NCBI GenBank assembly: GCA_963695545.1
Contig: OY968796.1
Location: 3,680,001 to 3,744,000, forward strand
Direction: 5' to 3'
Length of the DNA stretch: 64,000 bases
Source: Terriglobia bacterium
Lineage (GTDB): Bacteria > Acidobacteriota > Terriglobia > Acidiferrales > UBA7541
Shown: positions 9,109 to 20,039 of the stretch, one piece after another
Position numbering within the stretch: position 1 is the first letter of the stretch
How the letters are laid out: every line of letters begins with the position of its first letter
Position numbers and translations under genes: made by a program
Notes under the pieces: model-generated
Seen by the model: only the letters and a program-made list of their open reading frames with translations
Databases searched by the model: none
Told to the model about the DNA's origin: nothing

Positions 9109-9168
9109 CACTCGTCACTCGTCACCGGCCACGCGTCGCTCGCCACTAGCCACTCGTCACTAGCCACT
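9109..9168 (+). repeat. degenerate heptamer tandem repeat (CACTCGT/CACTAGC)
   Basis: cactcgt-cactcgt-caccggc-cacgcgt-cgctcgc-cactagc-cactcgt-cactagc-cact, ending immediately before the aroF RBS. Confidence 0.75.
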
Positions 9169-9184
9169 GGAGGTAGTCAACCCA

Positions 9185-10213
9185 ATGCTCGTCGTGATGC
9201 AAACCGGTGCGCCGGAACAGCAGGTCAAAGACGTTTGCGAGCGCATCCAATCGCTCGGTTTCGAAGCGCACCCCATCTTCGGCGCGTTCAAGACCGTCAT
9301 CGGCGTCACCGGCGACACGCGCCGCCTCGATATTGGCTCGCTTGAATCGCTCCCCGGAGTCGCCGAATGCATCATCATCGGCAAGCCCTACAAGCTCGTC
9401 AGCCGTGAGTTCAGCAAGCAAGACACCATCGTGCGCGTGCCCACGCCGCTGGGCGAAGTCCTGATCGGCGGCGAGGCCGTGGCCATGATCGCCGGTCCCT
9501 GCGCGATTGAAACGCGCGAGCAAGCCTTCGCCATCGCCGCGCCGCTGGCTCTCGCCGGCGTGCACCTTTTCCGCGGCGGCGCCTATAAACCGCGCACCTC
9601 GCCGTACAGTTTTCAGGGCCTCGCCGTGCCCGGCCTCGAAATTCTCACTGCGGTTCGCGATAAATTTGGAATGGGCATCGTCACCGAAGCCGTGGACAAC
9701 GAAGGCGTCGATTTCGTCGAGCAGTACGCCGACGTGATTCAGATCGGCGCGCGCAACATGCAGAATTATTCCCTGCTCAAGCGCGCCGGCCGCGCCCACA
9801 AACCCGTAATGCTCAAGCGCGGCTTGTCCGCCACGCTCGATGAACTTCTGATGGCCGCCGAATACATCGCCTCCGAAGGCAACACCCAGATCATGCTATG
9901 CGAACGCGGCGTGCGCACTTTCGCCGACCACTCGCGCAACACGCTGGATCTCGCCGTCGTCCCCGCGGCCAAAGCGCTCAGCCACCTACCCGTCATCGTG
10001 GACCCAAGCCACGGCACCGGTCAGCGCCGCAAAGTGCTTCCGCTTGCGCGCGCCGCAGTCGCCGTCGGCGCCGATGGCCTGATGATCGAAGTCCACAACG
10101 CGCCCGATCGCGCGCTCTCGGATGGCGTGCAATCGATTCTCCCCGAAGAATTCGTGCAACTCCGCGACGAGTGCGCCCAGATCGCGCACGTCCTGCATCG
10201 CACAATGAATTAG
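9185..10213 (+). CDS. aroF: DAHP synthase (class I-beta, N-terminal regulatory domain)
   Basis: [37 protein letters not shown] and DPSHGTG; GGAGG RBS. Confidence 0.95.
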   Translation: MLVVMQTGAPEQQVKDVCERIQSLGFEAHPIFGAFKTVIGVTGDTRRLDIGSLESLPGVAECIIIGKPYKLVSREFSKQDTIVRVPTPLGEVLIGGEAVAMIAGPCAIETREQAFAIAAPLALAGVHLFRGGAYKPRTSPYSFQGLAVPGLEILTAVRDKFGMGIVTEAVDNEGVDFVEQYADVIQIGARNMQNYSLLKRAGRAHKPVMLKRGLSATLDELLMAAEYIASEGNTQIMLCERGVRTFADHSRNTLDLAVVPAAKALSHLPVIVDPSHGTGQRRKVLPLARAAVAVGADGLMIEVHNAPDRALSDGVQSILPEEFVQLRDECAQIAHVLHRTMN

Positions 10214-10256
10214 TTTTTTGGTTTCTCGTTCTTTGACAACTTGTGAAGCCCGCGCG

Positions 10257-11057
10257 TCACGCACGGCGCCCGGTATGCAGAGCAACGATTCCGCCCGTCC
10301 AGCGCTCGAAGCGCACCGCGTCGAACCGCGCGCGTTCCATCTGCGCCGCCAACTCTTCGGGGCTCGGGAATCGCCCCACCGATCGCGGCAAGTAAGAATA
10401 CGCCGCGGCGTTCCCCGAAATCGCTCCGCCAACCGTCGGCAGTATGCGGCGAAAATAAAAGCGATACAGCGCGCCGAATAATTTCCCTTTCGGCTCGGAA
10501 AACTCCAGGATGCCGATTTCCCCGCCCGGCCGCAACACGCGACGAATTTCTTTCAACCCCTCGTCGTAATTCGCCAGGTTGCGAAATCCAAATGCCGTCG
10601 TGACGAGATCAAACGTCGCATCGCCAAACGGCAAATGCAGCGCGTCGGCCTCGACGAACTCGATCGCGCCACGCGCGGCGCTCTCGCTCCGCGCCGCGGC
10701 CTTGCGACGCGCAATCGCCAGCATCTCCGGCGAGAAATCAGCGCCGGTGATTTGCGCCGCAGAACCTTCCCGCGCGAGCGCAAACGCCAGATCGCCCGTG
10801 CCGCAGCACAAATCGAGCACGCGCGCCTCCGGCCGAGCCAGGATCGCGGCGAAGCGACGCGCGACGCGACGCCGCCAAACGTTGTCGAGGCGCCCCGAGA
10901 GAAAATGGTTCAGGAAATCGTATCGCGGCGCGATCCCGCTGAACATCTCGCGCACGCGCCGCGAAGTTTCCTGCTCGTCGGAGGCGCCCTCGAAGCGCGT
11001 GCCACTCAGTGGGGCTTCGGTATCTGGAGTTCGGTCGGGCATGATGAGCGCGGACAA
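10257..11057 (-). CDS. ubiE: ubiquinone/menaquinone biosynthesis C-methyltransferase
   Basis: VREMFSGIAPRYDFLN, LDLCCGTGD, FGFRN and RVLRPGG..ILEFS. Confidence 0.92.
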   Translation of the reverse strand: MSALIMPDRTPDTEAPLSGTRFEGASDEQETSRRVREMFSGIAPRYDFLNHFLSGRLDNVWRRRVARRFAAILARPEARVLDLCCGTGDLAFALAREGSAAQITGADFSPEMLAIARRKAAARSESAARGAIEFVEADALHLPFGDATFDLVTTAFGFRNLANYDEGLKEIRRVLRPGGEIGILEFSEPKGKLFGALYRFYFRRILPTVGGAISGNAAAYSYLPRSVGRFPSPEELAAQMERARFDAVRFERWTGGIVALHTGRRA

Positions 11058-12152
11058 TTACCGAATGGGGTGCGCTTCGAGTGTCGACAAGATGCGTCGG
11101 ACCGCTTTCTCCGAAATGTCGTCGAAGGTTTTCGCGTGACCTATTCTCGTCGGCAAAACGAAACGCAAACGCCCGTCGCGCGATTTCTTGTCCGCGCGCA
11201 TTGTCTCGATCAGGCGGTCCGCCGTCACTTTGGGCCAAGGAGGCAAGAGGCCGAGTCTCGCGATCAAATGCGCGATGCGTTCAGAATCGCGCGATGGCAA
11301 AATGCCATATCCCGCCGCGAGCCAAATGGCGCATTGCATGCCCCAGCCGACGGCTTCGCCGTGGCGGAATCGCCGGTAGCGCGTGACGGTTTCGAGCGCA
11401 TGCCCGAACGTATGGCCAAAATTCAAAATCTCGCGCAGACCGGAATCTTTTTCGTCGCGCGCAACCACGCGCGCCTTCAGCGCCGCGCTGCGGCACAAAA
11501 CATATTCGAGCGCCGGCGGTTTGCGCGAGAGTACGGCAGCGAGATTTCGCTCGAGGTAACGGAACAATTCGGCATCGCCGATCACGCCGCACTTCACGAT
11601 CTCGTACAGGCCCGAGCGATACTCGCGCCGCGGCAAACTGCGCAGCAAATCGATGTCCGCGAGCACCAGTCGCGGCGGATAAAACGCTCCGACTTGGTTC
11701 TTCCCTTCCGGCAAATTCACGCCGGTTTTTCCGCCGATCGAACTATCGGCCATGGCCACAACCGTCGTCGGAATGTGCACCACACTGACGCCGCGCAAAT
11801 AACTTGCGGCCACGAAGCCGGCGACGTCGCCCACGACACCTCCGCCGACGGCCACGAGCAGCGCGCGCCGGTCGGCGCCGGCGCGCACGAGCGCGCGGCA
11901 CAACTTCTCCACGGTCGCGAGATTTTTCTTCGCCTCGCTGTCGTCAAAGAGAATTGGATTCTTCGCAGCCGCGCCAAGCGCTTTCGTGAGCGCGGCGCGC
12001 GCGTGCTTCCAAACGCGCGGCGAGCTCAACACAAAGATTGGCGCGGACGGACCTGCGATGCGGCGCAATTCCCGGCGCGCTTGGCGCAGAGCCCCGCGCC
12101 CTAGCACGTAGCGATACGAACCTGTCGACGATTTAATCAGGATGCTTCGCAT
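11058..12152 (-). CDS. aroB: 3-dehydroquinate synthase
   Basis: GGGVVGD, PTT..AMADSSIGGKTGVN, LNFGHTFGHALE and HGEAV. Confidence 0.96.
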   Translation of the reverse strand: MRSILIKSSTGSYRYVLGRGALRQARRELRRIAGPSAPIFVLSSPRVWKHARAALTKALGAAAKNPILFDDSEAKKNLATVEKLCRALVRAGADRRALLVAVGGGVVGDVAGFVAASYLRGVSVVHIPTTVVAMADSSIGGKTGVNLPEGKNQVGAFYPPRLVLADIDLLRSLPRREYRSGLYEIVKCGVIGDAELFRYLERNLAAVLSRKPPALEYVLCRSAALKARVVARDEKDSGLREILNFGHTFGHALETVTRYRRFRHGEAVGWGMQCAIWLAAGYGILPSRDSERIAHLIARLGLLPPWPKVTADRLIETMRADKKSRDGRLRFVLPTRIGHAKTFDDISEKAVRRILSTLEAHPIR

Positions 12153-12157
12153 GATCG

Positions 12158-13132
12158 TTACTGAAACTTTTGCTCGAGCGCGAAAAACGATTCGAGAAAA
12201 ACATGGCCGGTAATTCCGAGACTCCGCGGATCGATTTTATCAAGCGTGTCGTTCACCGTGTGCCAGATCGGCGACGCGCCCTCGAAGTCGATCACATCGC
12301 ACGCGGCCGCGCCGCGTTTGAGAAAAGGATCGTGGTCGTCGGTGATCTCCAACTTTTCGTTGACGAACACGTTGCCGTAGCCGAGTCGCGCCGCGGTGCT
12401 CCAAACCAAATCCGTGAGCCACGGCGTGGAATCGGATTCGCGTTTGATTTGCAAATTGTAGATTCCGATCATGTCCGCCAGCACCATGGCTTTGAGATGC
12501 GCAAGATCGCCCGAGTTGGCCATCTCGGCGGCGAGTTCGCGGCTGCCGTAAGTGTTGTCGGGATCCGCCCAATCCCAATTGAACGCCTCTTCGCCGTCGA
12601 AAAAAGCGATCCACAAAGTGAGCTGATTCTTGCGAGCGCAGAGCAACCGCGCGAGCTCCAGCATCACCGCCGTGCTCGAAGCGCCATCGTCGGCGCCAAC
12701 GAAATTCGCCAGCGTCTTTGTGTCGTAGTGCGAGGCGAACATCACGATGTTAGGGCTGGCACCGGGGATTTTCACCACGATATCTTTCATGGCCACGTCG
12801 CCGATCGGTGTCTGCGCGTGAAAGTCGTCTTCCTCGACCGGGCAGCCGTAACTTTTGAGCTGCGCGATGATGTACTGCTGCTGGCGATGATTCGCGTCGC
12901 TGCCGGCGGGGCGCGGACCGAAGGCGACGAGCTTCGCGACTTGATCGTAAGCGTAGGCGGCGTCAAAACCATCGAGTTGCGCCGGCGGAGGCGCTTGCGG
13001 CGGCGCGGCTGCTTGCTGATTCGCCGAAGACACGGTGCCGGAGGCCGCTTGGCCTCCGCCGCACGCGGCGAGCGTTACGCCGAGCGTTACGCCGAGGGCC
13101 GCTAATGCCAGCCACATCGCCGCGCGGCGCAT
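12158..13132 (-). CDS. M28-family peptidase / glutaminyl-cyclase-like lipoprotein
   Basis: Lipobox LAAC; SHYDT, GADDGASS, FDGEEA, DDHDPF and WHT. ATG overlaps the tatC stop. Confidence 0.85.
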   Translation of the reverse strand: MRRAAMWLALAALGVTLGVTLAACGGGQAASGTVSSANQQAAAPPQAPPPAQLDGFDAAYAYDQVAKLVAFGPRPAGSDANHRQQQYIIAQLKSYGCPVEEDDFHAQTPIGDVAMKDIVVKIPGASPNIVMFASHYDTKTLANFVGADDGASSTAVMLELARLLCARKNQLTLWIAFFDGEEAFNWDWADPDNTYGSRELAAEMANSGDLAHLKAMVLADMIGIYNLQIKRESDSTPWLTDLVWSTAARLGYGNVFVNEKLEITDDHDPFLKRGAAACDVIDFEGASPIWHTVNDTLDKIDPRSLGITGHVFLESFFALEQKFQ

Positions 13133-13953
13133 TAGCTCGCTCCCTGATCGGCGATGGATTTCGCGCGGCGCTTTTTCCGCACCACCATCGCGGCGACCGC
13201 GATGCCGAGGACGTAGAGAAGAAACATGGGAGCCATGAAAACCAGCATCGTGGTGGCATCCGGCGTCGGTGTGATCACGGCGGCCAGAATGGTGATGATC
13301 AGAACCGCGTAGCGAAAATTCTTCCACAGAAAAGCCGGCGTGACGATATTGAACAGGGCCAGAAAATAAATCACCACGGGCATTTCAAAAACCAGGCCGA
13401 GCCCGAGCAACACGACCAAGATCAAGCTGAAATATTCGTCGATCGAAATCAGCGGCTGAATAGGCCCTTGCGATCCGAGGCCGATCAGGAATTTCAGCAT
13501 ATACGGCAACATCACGAAATAACCGAAAGCGAGTCCGCACATGAACAGAGCAAAGGACGAAAAAAGGAACTTCACGATGGCGCTGCGCTCATGCTTATAG
13601 AGCCCCGGCGCGACAAAAAGCCAGATTTCATACAAGACCCAAGGCGACGCGATGACCAGGCCGATATAAACGCCGAGCGTGATGATCAAACTGATGTAGC
13701 CCGTGGGGCTGGTGTAAATCAGATGGTCTTCGAGATGCGCGCTGCGCAAAGCCTGCAGCATCGGACGGATAATGAATCCAATAACGTATTTCGAGACGGA
13801 GAGACCGATGACCATTCCAATCGCAATGCCGAACATCGCGTGAATGATTCGCGTGCGGAGATCGTACAGATGCTCGAGGAACGACATGCGGCCGCCGGGC
13901 TCTTCGAGAAAAGCGAAGCGAGACTTTTTTTCAGGCGTGGGAGTGTCCGTCAC
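13132..13953 (-). CDS. tatC: twin-arginine translocase subunit TatC
   Basis: MSFLEHLYDLRTR, FVAPGLYKHE, FEMP and AVITPTPD; multiple TM segments. Confidence 0.95.
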   Translation of the reverse strand: MTDTPTPEKKSRFAFLEEPGGRMSFLEHLYDLRTRIIHAMFGIAIGMVIGLSVSKYVIGFIIRPMLQALRSAHLEDHLIYTSPTGYISLIITLGVYIGLVIASPWVLYEIWLFVAPGLYKHERSAIVKFLFSSFALFMCGLAFGYFVMLPYMLKFLIGLGSQGPIQPLISIDEYFSLILVVLLGLGLVFEMPVVIYFLALFNIVTPAFLWKNFRYAVLIITILAAVITPTPDATTMLVFMAPMFLLYVLGIAVAAMVVRKKRRAKSIADQGAS

Positions 13954-13969
13954 TGTGCGCTGAGGACCA

Positions 13970-14518
13970 TCACTTCTCTGTCATGGCTCGATCGGAGGGC
14001 GTCTCGTGCGCGTCCGCTCCGGAAATTGGCGCGTGCTCGTCGGCGGGCGAAGGTGGCGCCTCGGGATTCGCATGCCGCGCATCCGGATCAGGAATAATCG
14101 GCGGCGACGCCGGCGCTGATTCGGGCGCGGACTCCGACGCCGTTTCCGGCGTCGGCGCCGGCGCGACGGTGTTCTCGCGATCTTCGGGCTCGGCGATCAT
14201 CGGCGCCTGTTCCGCTGCGGGCGAATCGGCGCTTGCGGCCGCGGGCAGTTCGGGCGCGGCGCTCGTAGCCGCTGGCAGAGCGGGTATGGCGGCCCTCGCG
14301 GCGGCGTCAGCCGCCTCTTTCGACAAGCGCTCTTTCTCGCGCAGGTGGCGGTCAATTTCGCGCATTTCGTCTTCGAGCGTGGTGCGAAAATCCGTGGAGA
14401 CTTTGCGGAAATCGGCCATAACTTTGCCGAGTACACGCGCAACTTCAGGCAGCTTTTCGGGTCCCAAGACCACGAGGGCTACAAGAAAAATGATGATCAG
14501 ATGAGGAACGCTAAGCAT
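13970..14518 (-). CDS. tatB: twin-arginine translocase subunit TatB
   Basis: Single TM, LGPEKLPEVAR, amphipathic helix and long Ala/Pro tail; directly upstream of tatC. Confidence 0.85.
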   Translation of the reverse strand: MLSVPHLIIIFLVALVVLGPEKLPEVARVLGKVMADFRKVSTDFRTTLEDEMREIDRHLREKERLSKEAADAAARAAIPALPAATSAAPELPAAASADSPAAEQAPMIAEPEDRENTVAPAPTPETASESAPESAPASPPIIPDPDARHANPEAPPSPADEHAPISGADAHETPSDRAMTEK

Positions 14519-14659
14519 GACGCGGGTCCACGAGGGCGAGAGATGCGCCGCCGCGGTTCTCCGTGTGAATCATAGAAGAGGGTACGAGGCGAGTCAATTC
14601 CGCGCGACGCCGCGCGCTCCGCACATTGCGATTCGCGCACCGCGCTCGATCGGGGCGCG

Positions 14660-14688
14660 TTGACGGGTGGATAGGCTTCCGGTACGAT
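14660..14688 (+). promoter_or_regulatory. sigma70 promoter of the tRNA pair
   Basis: TTGACG-N17-TACGAT, 7 nt before tRNA-Val. Confidence 0.75.
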
Positions 14689-14695
14689 CAGCTTG

Positions 14696-14771
14696 GGGCG
14701 GTTAGCTCAGCGGTTAGAGCGTCCGGTTTACACCCGGAAGGTCGAGTGTTCAAATCACTCACTGCCCACCA
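14696..14771 (+). tRNA. tRNA-Val(TAC)
   Basis: Acceptor GGGCGGT/ACTGCCC, anticodon arm TCCGG-TT-TAC-AC-CCGGA, TTCAA T-loop, encoded CCA. Confidence 0.95.
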
Positions 14772-14795
14772 CTAGCAGCCGTCATCACAAAATGC

Positions 14796-14872
14796 GGGGC
14801 CGTAGTTCAGCCGGTTAGAACGCCTGCCTGTCACGCAGGAGGTCGCGAGTTCGAGCCTCGTCGGCCCCGCCA
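14796..14872 (+). tRNA. tRNA-Asp(GTC)
   Basis: Acceptor GGGGCCG/CGGCCCC, anticodon arm CCTGC-CT-GTC-AC-GCAGG, GTTCGAG T-arm, encoded CCA. Confidence 0.96.
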
Positions 14873-15315
14873 AATACTTTTTCGCTTTCAATTCCGCGTT
14901 TATGAGGCCGCCTGCGCCCGGCCGACATGAAGGCTTGGGCACGAGGTGCTTTTCAAGCGGCGATCATCGTTCTGGCAGCCTCCACTCAATGCTAGCCCCA
15001 CGCGTGCTACCGCGTGCGCAAGCCAAAATCCCGATCTGATGTCTCTTAAGGTTCAGTTTCCAAGAGATTCCCGCCCCAGCTGTCCTTAGAGAGTAAGTTT
15101 GGATCATAAGCCCCGATTTGCAGAAGGGGCCGGCCCCGAGAACAGCCTGGAAACGCTGTCTCGCCGACATTAGTTACCCCGCACTCGCTCGGCGAACGAA
15201 TTCGCAACCAAGACAGTTCGGTTCTGAGTGCCGACTCGATTTGGATTGCGCACGTCTGGTCATAGAGATCGTCGTTGGCAAGACTTGCGTTGCCAGGATT
15301 TACTGAGGAGTGGTT

Positions 15316-18300
15316 ATGCTCGTTTCCGAAGTACCGATGGTCAGTTCTTACGACTATCGGCTCGTGGTTCTATCGGTATTTATAGCGATGCTGGCGTCGT
15401 ACGCGGCGCTCGATTTGTCTGGCCGGGTTGCCTCGGCGCGCGGCCGGGCGCGGTTGCTGTGGCTGAGCGGCGGGGCCACCGCGATGGGAATCGGAATCTG
15501 GTCGATGCATTACATCGGGATGCTGGCCTTCCGCTTGCCGGTTCCGGTGCAATACGACTGGCCGACCGTGTTGCTATCGCTTCTGGCGGCTGTGCTCGCG
15601 TCTGCAGTGGCGCTGTTTGTCGTCAGCCGCGCCAAGATGGGACTTCTTCATGCCGCCGTCGGAAGTATCTTTATGGGCGGGGGCATCGCGGCCATGCACT
15701 ATATCGGAATGGCGGCGATGCGCGCTCCCGCGCTGTGCCACTATTCTCCTCCGATCGTTAATTTATCGGTCGTGCTTGCGATCGTGATTTCTTTCGTGGC
15801 TTTGTGGCTGACGTTTTACTTTAGAGGCGTCAGATCGCCGGGGGTCGGGCTGAAAATTGTCTGCGCGATGATCATGGGCGCGGCGATCCCGGTGATGCAC
15901 TACACGGGCATGGCCGCCGCCAGCTTTACGCCCGCGGTGCTGAGCCGCCAGGAGCTATTGCACTCCGTAAGTGTCTCTATACTCGGCGCGGCCGGAATCA
16001 GTGTCGTGACCTTCAACGTTCTCGGACTGGTGTTCCTGACGTCACTGGCCGACCGACGTTTTTCCGCACAGACAATGGAGCTTCGCTCGAACGAGGAACG
16101 CTACCGCCAGATTGTGGGAACCGCGCTTGATTCATTTATTGAATCAGATCCGGAAGGCATCGTCACGGACTGGAACGCGCAAGCAGAGGCCACGTTCGGA
16201 TGGTCACACGCTGAAGCCGTCGGGCAAAGCCTTTACGAGACCATTGTGCCGAGCCGCCATCACGCCGAGCGCAAGCAGATTGTTGCGGAATTGCTTGCCT
16301 CGGGAGAAGGCTCAGGGATGAGAAAGCGTGTCGAGACCACAAGATTGAGCAGAAACGGACGCGAATTTCCGATAGAACTCAGTATGTCTGTGATCCGCGC
16401 GGGCGAGGTACTCCGCTTCGGCGCATTTCTGCGCGACATCACCGAACGCAAGCGAGCGGAGGAGGCCCTCTCTGACGAGCGCAGGCTATTGCGCATATTG
16501 ATCGATAACATGCCGGACTACATTTACGTGAAGGACGCCGAGAGCCGGTTCGTGGTGGTGAACCGAGCGGTCGCCAAACTCGTGGGAGCGAAGAGCCCCG
16601 AGGACCTGCTCGGAAAAACCGATTTCGACTATTTTCCGAAAGAAATCGCGACAGCCTTCTATTCCGATGAGCAAGCCATCCTGAAATCCGGGGAGCCATT
16701 GCTGAATCGGGAGGAAGAGTCGGTGGACGCCGCAGGAAACGCAAAGTGGAACTCGACATCGAAGGTTCCCTGGCGCGACAAGCTGGGCCACTTGATCGGA
16801 ATCATGGGGATTGGGCGGGACATTACCTGGAGCAAGGCTTCTGAAGAAGCGTTGAAACACGCGAAGGAGGCTGCAGAGGCGGGGAGCCGGGCGAAAAGCG
16901 AGTTTCTAGCGAACATGAGCCATGAGATCCGCACTCCGCTTAACGGCGTTATCGGGATGACCGATCTGGCGCTGGAAACCAACCTTACGCCGGAACAACG
17001 AGAATATTTGGAGACCGTGAAACTCTCGGCGGATTCCCTGCTCACGGTAATCAACGACATTCTGGACTTCTCCAAAATCGAGGCGGGAAAAGTAGATTTG
17101 GAGCTGGAGGATTTCAACCTGCGCGACAGCCTGGAAGCAACGCTGAAGACACTCGCACTGAGGGCGGACGAGAAGGGACTGGAACTTCTGTGTGAAATCG
17201 CGCCCTTAGTTCCCGAGATCGTGCGGGGCGATTCCAACCGCTTGCGCCAGGTGGTGATTAACCTTCTGGGGAACGCCATCAAATTCACAGATCGGGGTGA
17301 GGTGGCGCTGAATGTGCAAGTCGAGGCCGAGGACGGTGACGACCGAATTCTGCACTTTGCGGTAACGGACTCGGGAATTGGAATTCACCCGGAGAAACAG
17401 AAAGTGATCTTTCAGCCTTTTGCCCAGGCGGATAACTCAACGACGCGAAAATACGGCGGAACCGGGCTGGGATTAACCATCTCGCGGAGGCTGGTGGGGT
17501 TGATGGACGGGAAAATGTGGGTGGAAAGCGAGCTCGGCCGAGGAACCAAATTTCATTTCACCGCGCGGCTTAAAACGTCGCAGAAACCGATTGAAGTCGG
17601 AACGATCGCCCCGCCGGAGACCTTGCGCGACGTCAGAGTGCTGATTGTCGACGACAATCAAACGAACCGGAGAATTCTTGAGGGAATGCTGAAACGCTGG
17701 GACATGAAATCGACGTCCGTGGAAAGCGGGGAGCAAGCGTTGACGCAACTTGTTTCAGGCCACGACCGAGGAGAGGCGTACGCGCTGATCCTGACGGACA
17801 TGCACATGCCGCAGATGGACGGCTTCGCGCTGATCGAACAAATAAGGCAAAGGTCGGAGCTATCCGCGGCGGTGATCGTGATGCTCACGTCGGCGGGCCA
17901 TCGAGGGGACGGAGCGCGCTGTCAGGAGCTGGGCGTTGCGGCGTATCTCTTGAAACCCATCCGGCAATCCGAGTTACGGCAGGCAATTGCCCAAGTGCTT
18001 GGCGCGCGATCGCAACACGGCGCAATCCCCTTGGTCACGCGATACTCCTTGCAGGATGCCCGAGACCCCGCGAGCTACTTGCGTGTGCTGGTGGCGGAGG
18101 ACAATCACGTTAACCAACTACTCGCAACTCGATTGCTCGAGAAGAGAGGGCACCGCGTGGTGATGACCGCCAACGGCCGCGAGGCGCTTGAAGCGCTCGC
18201 GAAAAACAGTTACGACCTCGTCTTGATGGATGTGCAGATGCCGGAAATGGACGGAATTCAGGCGACTACTGCGATCCGCGAAAAAGAGAAGGAGAAAGGC

Positions 18301-18498
18301 GACGGGATCCGCCAGCCGGTGATCGCAGTGACTGCGCACGTGATGAAAGGCGATCAAGAGCGCTGCCAGGCCGCAGGGATGGACGGCTATCTATCGAAGC
18401 CGATCAGACCACAACAGCTTGACGAGATTTTGGAGAAGTACATGGCTCTACGTCGAGAATCGACGAGTACCGCGGAAACAGTTGAGTCGCGTCAATGA
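15316..18498 (+). CDS. MHYT-PAS-PAS hybrid histidine kinase with two receiver domains
   Basis: Three MHY(I/T)GM repeats, two PAS/PAC domains, [30 protein letters not shown] and two REC domains (DMHMP, DVQMP). Confidence 0.93.
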   Translation: MLVSEVPMVSSYDYRLVVLSVFIAMLASYAALDLSGRVASARGRARLLWLSGGATAMGIGIWSMHYIGMLAFRLPVPVQYDWPTVLLSLLAAVLASAVALFVVSRAKMGLLHAAVGSIFMGGGIAAMHYIGMAAMRAPALCHYSPPIVNLSVVLAIVISFVALWLTFYFRGVRSPGVGLKIVCAMIMGAAIPVMHYTGMAAASFTPAVLSRQELLHSVSVSILGAAGISVVTFNVLGLVFLTSLADRRFSAQTMELRSNEERYRQIVGTALDSFIESDPEGIVTDWNAQAEATFGWSHAEAVGQSLYETIVPSRHHAERKQIVAELLASGEGSGMRKRVETTRLSRNGREFPIELSMSVIRAGEVLRFGAFLRDITERKRAEEALSDERRLLRILIDNMPDYIYVKDAESRFVVVNRAVAKLVGAKSPEDLLGKTDFDYFPKEIATAFYSDEQAILKSGEPLLNREEESVDAAGNAKWNSTSKVPWRDKLGHLIGIMGIGRDITWSKASEEALKHAKEAAEAGSRAKSEFLANMSHEIRTPLNGVIGMTDLALETNLTPEQREYLETVKLSADSLLTVINDILDFSKIEAGKVDLELEDFNLRDSLEATLKTLALRADEKGLELLCEIAPLVPEIVRGDSNRLRQVVINLLGNAIKFTDRGEVALNVQVEAEDGDDRILHFAVTDSGIGIHPEKQKVIFQPFAQADNSTTRKYGGTGLGLTISRRLVGLMDGKMWVESELGRGTKFHFTARLKTSQKPIEVGTIAPPETLRDVRVLIVDDNQTNRRILEGMLKRWDMKSTSVESGEQALTQLVSGHDRGEAYALILTDMHMPQMDGFALIEQIRQRSELSAAVIVMLTSAGHRGDGARCQELGVAAYLLKPIRQSELRQAIAQVLGARSQHGAIPLVTRYSLQDARDPASYLRVLVAEDNHVNQLLATRLLEKRGHRVVMTANGREALEALAKNSYDLVLMDVQMPEMDGIQATTAIREKEKEKGDGIRQPVIAVTAHVMKGDQERCQAAGMDGYLSKPIRPQQLDEILEKYMALRRESTSTAETVESRQ

Positions 18499-18598
18499 GC
18501 AAGAGCAAGTCGACTAAACGGCTACAGCGCGAAATGTCTTGCAGATACTGCGGAGGCAGGCTGAGGCGCGATATGGCGGGAGATCCTGAGGCGCGGCG

Positions 18599-18973
18599 AT
18601 GACCGAACAAAACAATCGCGCTTCCCAGATTGCCGTGAATCTGCCGGAGCTTCTGATACGGGTTGACAACGACCGCGATTTGTTGCGGGAGTTGATTGAA
18701 ATATTCAAGGAGGAATTCCCGCGACTGTTGAAAGAGCTGAAGGATCAGGCGGCTGGCGGGGATATGAAATCGGTGGAGAACACGTGCCACGGATTGAAGG
18801 GCATGCTTTCCGGACTTTCCGCGGTGCGCGCGGCCGAAGTCGCGGCGCGTCTCGAGCAGATGGGGCGCGATGGAGATTCGACAGGACTGAACGATGAAGT
18901 GGCGCGGTTTGAGCGCGAGGTCGAGCGCGTGCTGCCGGAGTTGGACGCTTCCATCGCGAAGGCGGAGTCGTGA
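18599..18973 (+). CDS. Hpt phosphotransfer protein
   Basis: CHGLKG motif in a helical protein of about 120 aa. Confidence 0.88.
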   Translation: MTEQNNRASQIAVNLPELLIRVDNDRDLLRELIEIFKEEFPRLLKELKDQAAGGDMKSVENTCHGLKGMLSGLSAVRAAEVAARLEQMGRDGDSTGLNDEVARFEREVERVLPELDASIAKAES

Positions 18974-19917
18974 AAATTCTTATCGCGGACGATGACAAGA
19001 TCTCCCGGCGGCTGCTCGAGAAAACGCTGGAGCGCGAGGGATATGAAGTGATCGCGGTCGACAACGGGCGGCTGGCGTTGCAGCAATTGTCGCTGCAGGA
19101 CGGGCCGCGGCTGGCGTTGCTCGACTGGATGATGCCGGAAATGGACGGGCCGGGCGTTTGCCTGGAAATTCGCAAGCAGCACGAACGGCCTTATGTGCAT
19201 ATCGTGCTGGTGACTTCGAGAGGGTCGAAGCAGGACGTGGTGGCCGGACTTGAATCGGGCGCCGACGATTACCTGACGAAGCCGTGGGATCCCGCGGAGC
19301 TGACGGCGCGGTTGCGAGTGGGGCAACGCATTCTGCAATTGGAGGACAGGCTCGTCGAGGCGCGCGAGACCATGCGCTTCAAGGCGACACACGATCATCT
19401 AACGTCGCTGTTCAATCGCGGTGTGATCGTGGATCTGCTGGCGCGCGAGTTGACGCGCACCCGACGCGAGAAAGGCTGCACGATCGTGATGCTGGCCGAC
19501 CTTGACCATTTCAAGGAAGTGAACGACGCGCACGGGCACGTGGTGGGAGATGAGGTGCTGCGGGAAGTCGCGCGGCGACTGTTGGGCTCGGTGCGCTCCT
19601 ATGATTTTGTGGGGCGCTATGGCGGAGAAGAATTCCTGATTGTGCTCAACAATTGCGCGGCCAGCCAGGGACTCGTGCGCGCTGAAGAGGTACGGAGTGG
19701 AATCGTGGACCATCCCGTGCAGACGACGCGCGGTCCGCTTCCCATCACAATAAGCTTGGGAGTTCTCGCCAGCGGAGACCGGGATTTCCAGCTGGTCGAA
19801 GAGGTTTTGAGCGAAGCGGACGCGGCGCTCTATCAGGCGAAAACGGACGGGCGCAACTGTGTGAGACTCGCAAGGCCGACATCTTTCTGTCCCCCTCCGC
19901 GACAACTGGTTAAATAG
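18970..19917 (+). CDS. response-regulator diguanylate cyclase (REC-GGDEF)
   Basis: REC domain (LLDWMMP), DLDHFK.VND, RSYD I-site and GRYGGEEF. Confidence 0.94.
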   Translation: MKILIADDDKISRRLLEKTLEREGYEVIAVDNGRLALQQLSLQDGPRLALLDWMMPEMDGPGVCLEIRKQHERPYVHIVLVTSRGSKQDVVAGLESGADDYLTKPWDPAELTARLRVGQRILQLEDRLVEARETMRFKATHDHLTSLFNRGVIVDLLARELTRTRREKGCTIVMLADLDHFKEVNDAHGHVVGDEVLREVARRLLGSVRSYDFVGRYGGEEFLIVLNNCAASQGLVRAEEVRSGIVDHPVQTTRGPLPITISLGVLASGDRDFQLVEEVLSEADAALYQAKTDGRNCVRLARPTSFCPPPRQLVK

Positions 19918-20039
19918 CTTCGCAGGATTGCCGAAATATTTTTTAAAGCCAGCTTCATCGGGTCTGCACAATCTCGCAATAAATTAGGAGAACCGAAATT
20001 CGTCTCGTGCGGAAGTTCGCACAGCGGCGCGCGGCGGCG

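Noticed and set aside
13069..13096. 12-bp tandem duplication in the M28 signal peptide as a phase-variation switch
   Set aside because: It is in frame (LGVT twice) with only about 2.3 copies, so it has no on/off effect.
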